Of a stretch of 64,000 nt of DNA, positions 62,542 to 64,000 are shown piece after piece. Both the position numbers and the translations under genes were made by a program. The stretch's first letter is position 1. Every line of letters starts with the position of its first letter. Origin of the DNA: an uncultured Candidatus Saccharibacteria bacterium (GTDB lineage Bacteria; Patescibacteriota; Saccharimonadia; Saccharimonadales; JAGQNK01); contig CAZWRS010000002.1 in assembly GCA_964636435.1 (NCBI GenBank), forward strand, positions 296 through 64,295. The letters are read 5' to 3'. The notes under the pieces are model-generated. The model was not told where the DNA came from. It saw only the letters and a list, made by a program, of their open reading frames with translations, and made no database searches.

Positions 62542-64000
62542 CATGAGCTATGAGTTTTTACCGGCTTACGCAGAGCGTACCCACGGCCTTGTTAGCGACC
62601 CCATAGTCGCCAATGATGTGATTGAAAAACGTAACCTCGGCCCTGAGGTGCTCGATGATTTGGCCCGCCTGCAGCAGGAGCTCAATACGCGCTTAGAAGA
62701 AATGACTCAATCGATCTCTCGGGATTTTATACAAGATGCGCTCAATAGAGGCCCACAATGGGGTCCGGAAGCATCGACTACCGATGTTGGCCCGGCTGAA
62801 TACCAAGAGCCGGAACCAGGCGTGTTGACTAAGGACAAAGAGGCTTTTGCGCAATTGCATGGCGCTGAATTTTGGGATGAGGCGGCAAAAGTAGCGGGTG
62901 AGATCACTAAGAATACACTGAAGCAGGTATCAGACGGCGTCCAGGTTGCTAAGGAAGAGTCCGTGGCGCTCGCTACTGGTGTCAAAAATGAGCTTGTGGG
63001 CGGTGCGAAATCTTTTGCAAAGCCTTTTAAGGCGTTCGCACATTCAGCCAGTGATCCGCAGGTCCGCAGAGAGGCTATCGAGCTTGCTCGAGCTGACAAG
63101 CAGAGGCTTATTGATGCCGCGCATGCATACATTGAGGAGTATCATATAACTCCGCGTGAGCTCGGCGTGACCGGGCTGGCATCGGCGTTAATGCTCATGG
63201 GTGCTTATGGCTTGATAGAGAATGATAAAAACGTTAACTCTGAAATTGCCCTGGGCGAAGGCGCCGTGCCGGCCTTTATGTATGAACACACGAGTGACGC
63301 GACAGTTATAACTGTGCCTGGATTAAATTCTGGCAACCAGGATCCTGTGGCATCAGCTGGCGACATACAAGGTTTACTCATGGATGAAGACGGCAATGTG
63401 CCGGATGTCACCATTGAAGATGATAAAATCACTATTTCTGGCCACCTGAGCGAAGCAGCGCTGCCATTTGTCGCTGCGGTTGCGCTTCATCCAGACGATG
63501 AGCCTCGGCAGCCTTCTGAGCTAGAGCAGCCTGCAGACCTCGTCACTTCAGCTACACCGCAGGTGTCTGATGCTCCAGCGGCGCCAGCCACGCCCGAAGT
63601 TTCATCGCAGACTCCTGAGCATGAGCAGGTGAGTCCTGAGGTTCAGGCCGTGAATAACGCTTTAGCAGAAATTAAACTCGGTCATAATAATAATCTCGAT
63701 ACGCTCGTTCAGGCTGTCACGAACATGTATGCGGCATATGCGCCGAACGACAAAGATCGACCGTCTGATATGCCCGAGGGTTACGTGAAGTTCATGCTGC
63801 CACACGAAGCCAATGGAATTAGTGTGCCTTTTACGATTGCTCAGCGTACAGCAGATAATGAACGTTATACATCGCCCCACATGGCTGCGGTTCAGTATGC
63901 TACGGCAAAGCTATACCAAGACCTCATAAAGTCTGAGTTCAAGCACCTGCAAGGTGATATGCTGCGCGTTCGTGACCTGAACTCGCCAGGCCACAAAACA
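62542..64000 (+). CDS. Large hypothetical protein, N-terminal part (continues beyond the window end)
   Basis: Open frame from ATG 62542 (GGAGAGG SD upstream) to the window end with no stop. Not in the supplied ORF track because it is unterminated. No family recognised. Confidence 0.45.

Overview
This is a 64 kb chromosomal window from a small-genome bacterium, about 55% GC, densely coded and mostly on the + strand. Sortase-type sorting signals (LAATG, LPAAG) and LysM/CHAP and RpfB-like wall enzymes point to a Gram-positive-type envelope. Short aminoacyl-tRNA synthetases and a decayed purN fit a reduced, possibly CPR/Saccharibacteria-like, lineage. That attribution is inference, not established.

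Recognisable content, in order:
- a glycolytic run pyk-pgk-tpiA
- DNA repair and recombination genes (uvrD/pcrA, uvrA, sbcB, ruvX)
- translation and housekeeping genes (rsmA, DEAD-box helicase, typA, metG, tatD, iscS, mnmA, alaS, obg, rplY, trhO)
- an F1Fo ATP synthase operon that starts at atpF (atpFHAGDC), with its own promoter and no atpB/atpE in the window
- cell division and wall genes (ftsA, mltG, an RpfB-like DUF348-G5-transglycosylase, a LysM-CHAP hydrolase)
- mgtE, a GH37 trehalase, pheA, a DedA protein and an ABC exporter
- a tmRNA (ssrA) at 14468-14851, followed by an AT-rich stretch of small ORFs

The most unusual region is 21.4-24.0 kb. It holds a 77-aa secreted mini-protein with an LPAAG sorting signal, a 265-aa extremely His/Lys/Asp/Tyr-rich low-complexity secreted protein with an upstream mini-ORF and tandem Shine-Dalgarno elements, and, divergently, a signal-peptide-bearing bactofilin-like beta-helix repeat protein with a C-terminal polytopic membrane domain.

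Two genes look frameshifted at slippery tracts: a PurN-like formyltransferase at a (GT)n run, and a TIM-barrel isomerase-like gene at a C run just downstream of the tmRNA.

No CRISPR arrays, rRNA or tRNA genes were seen.
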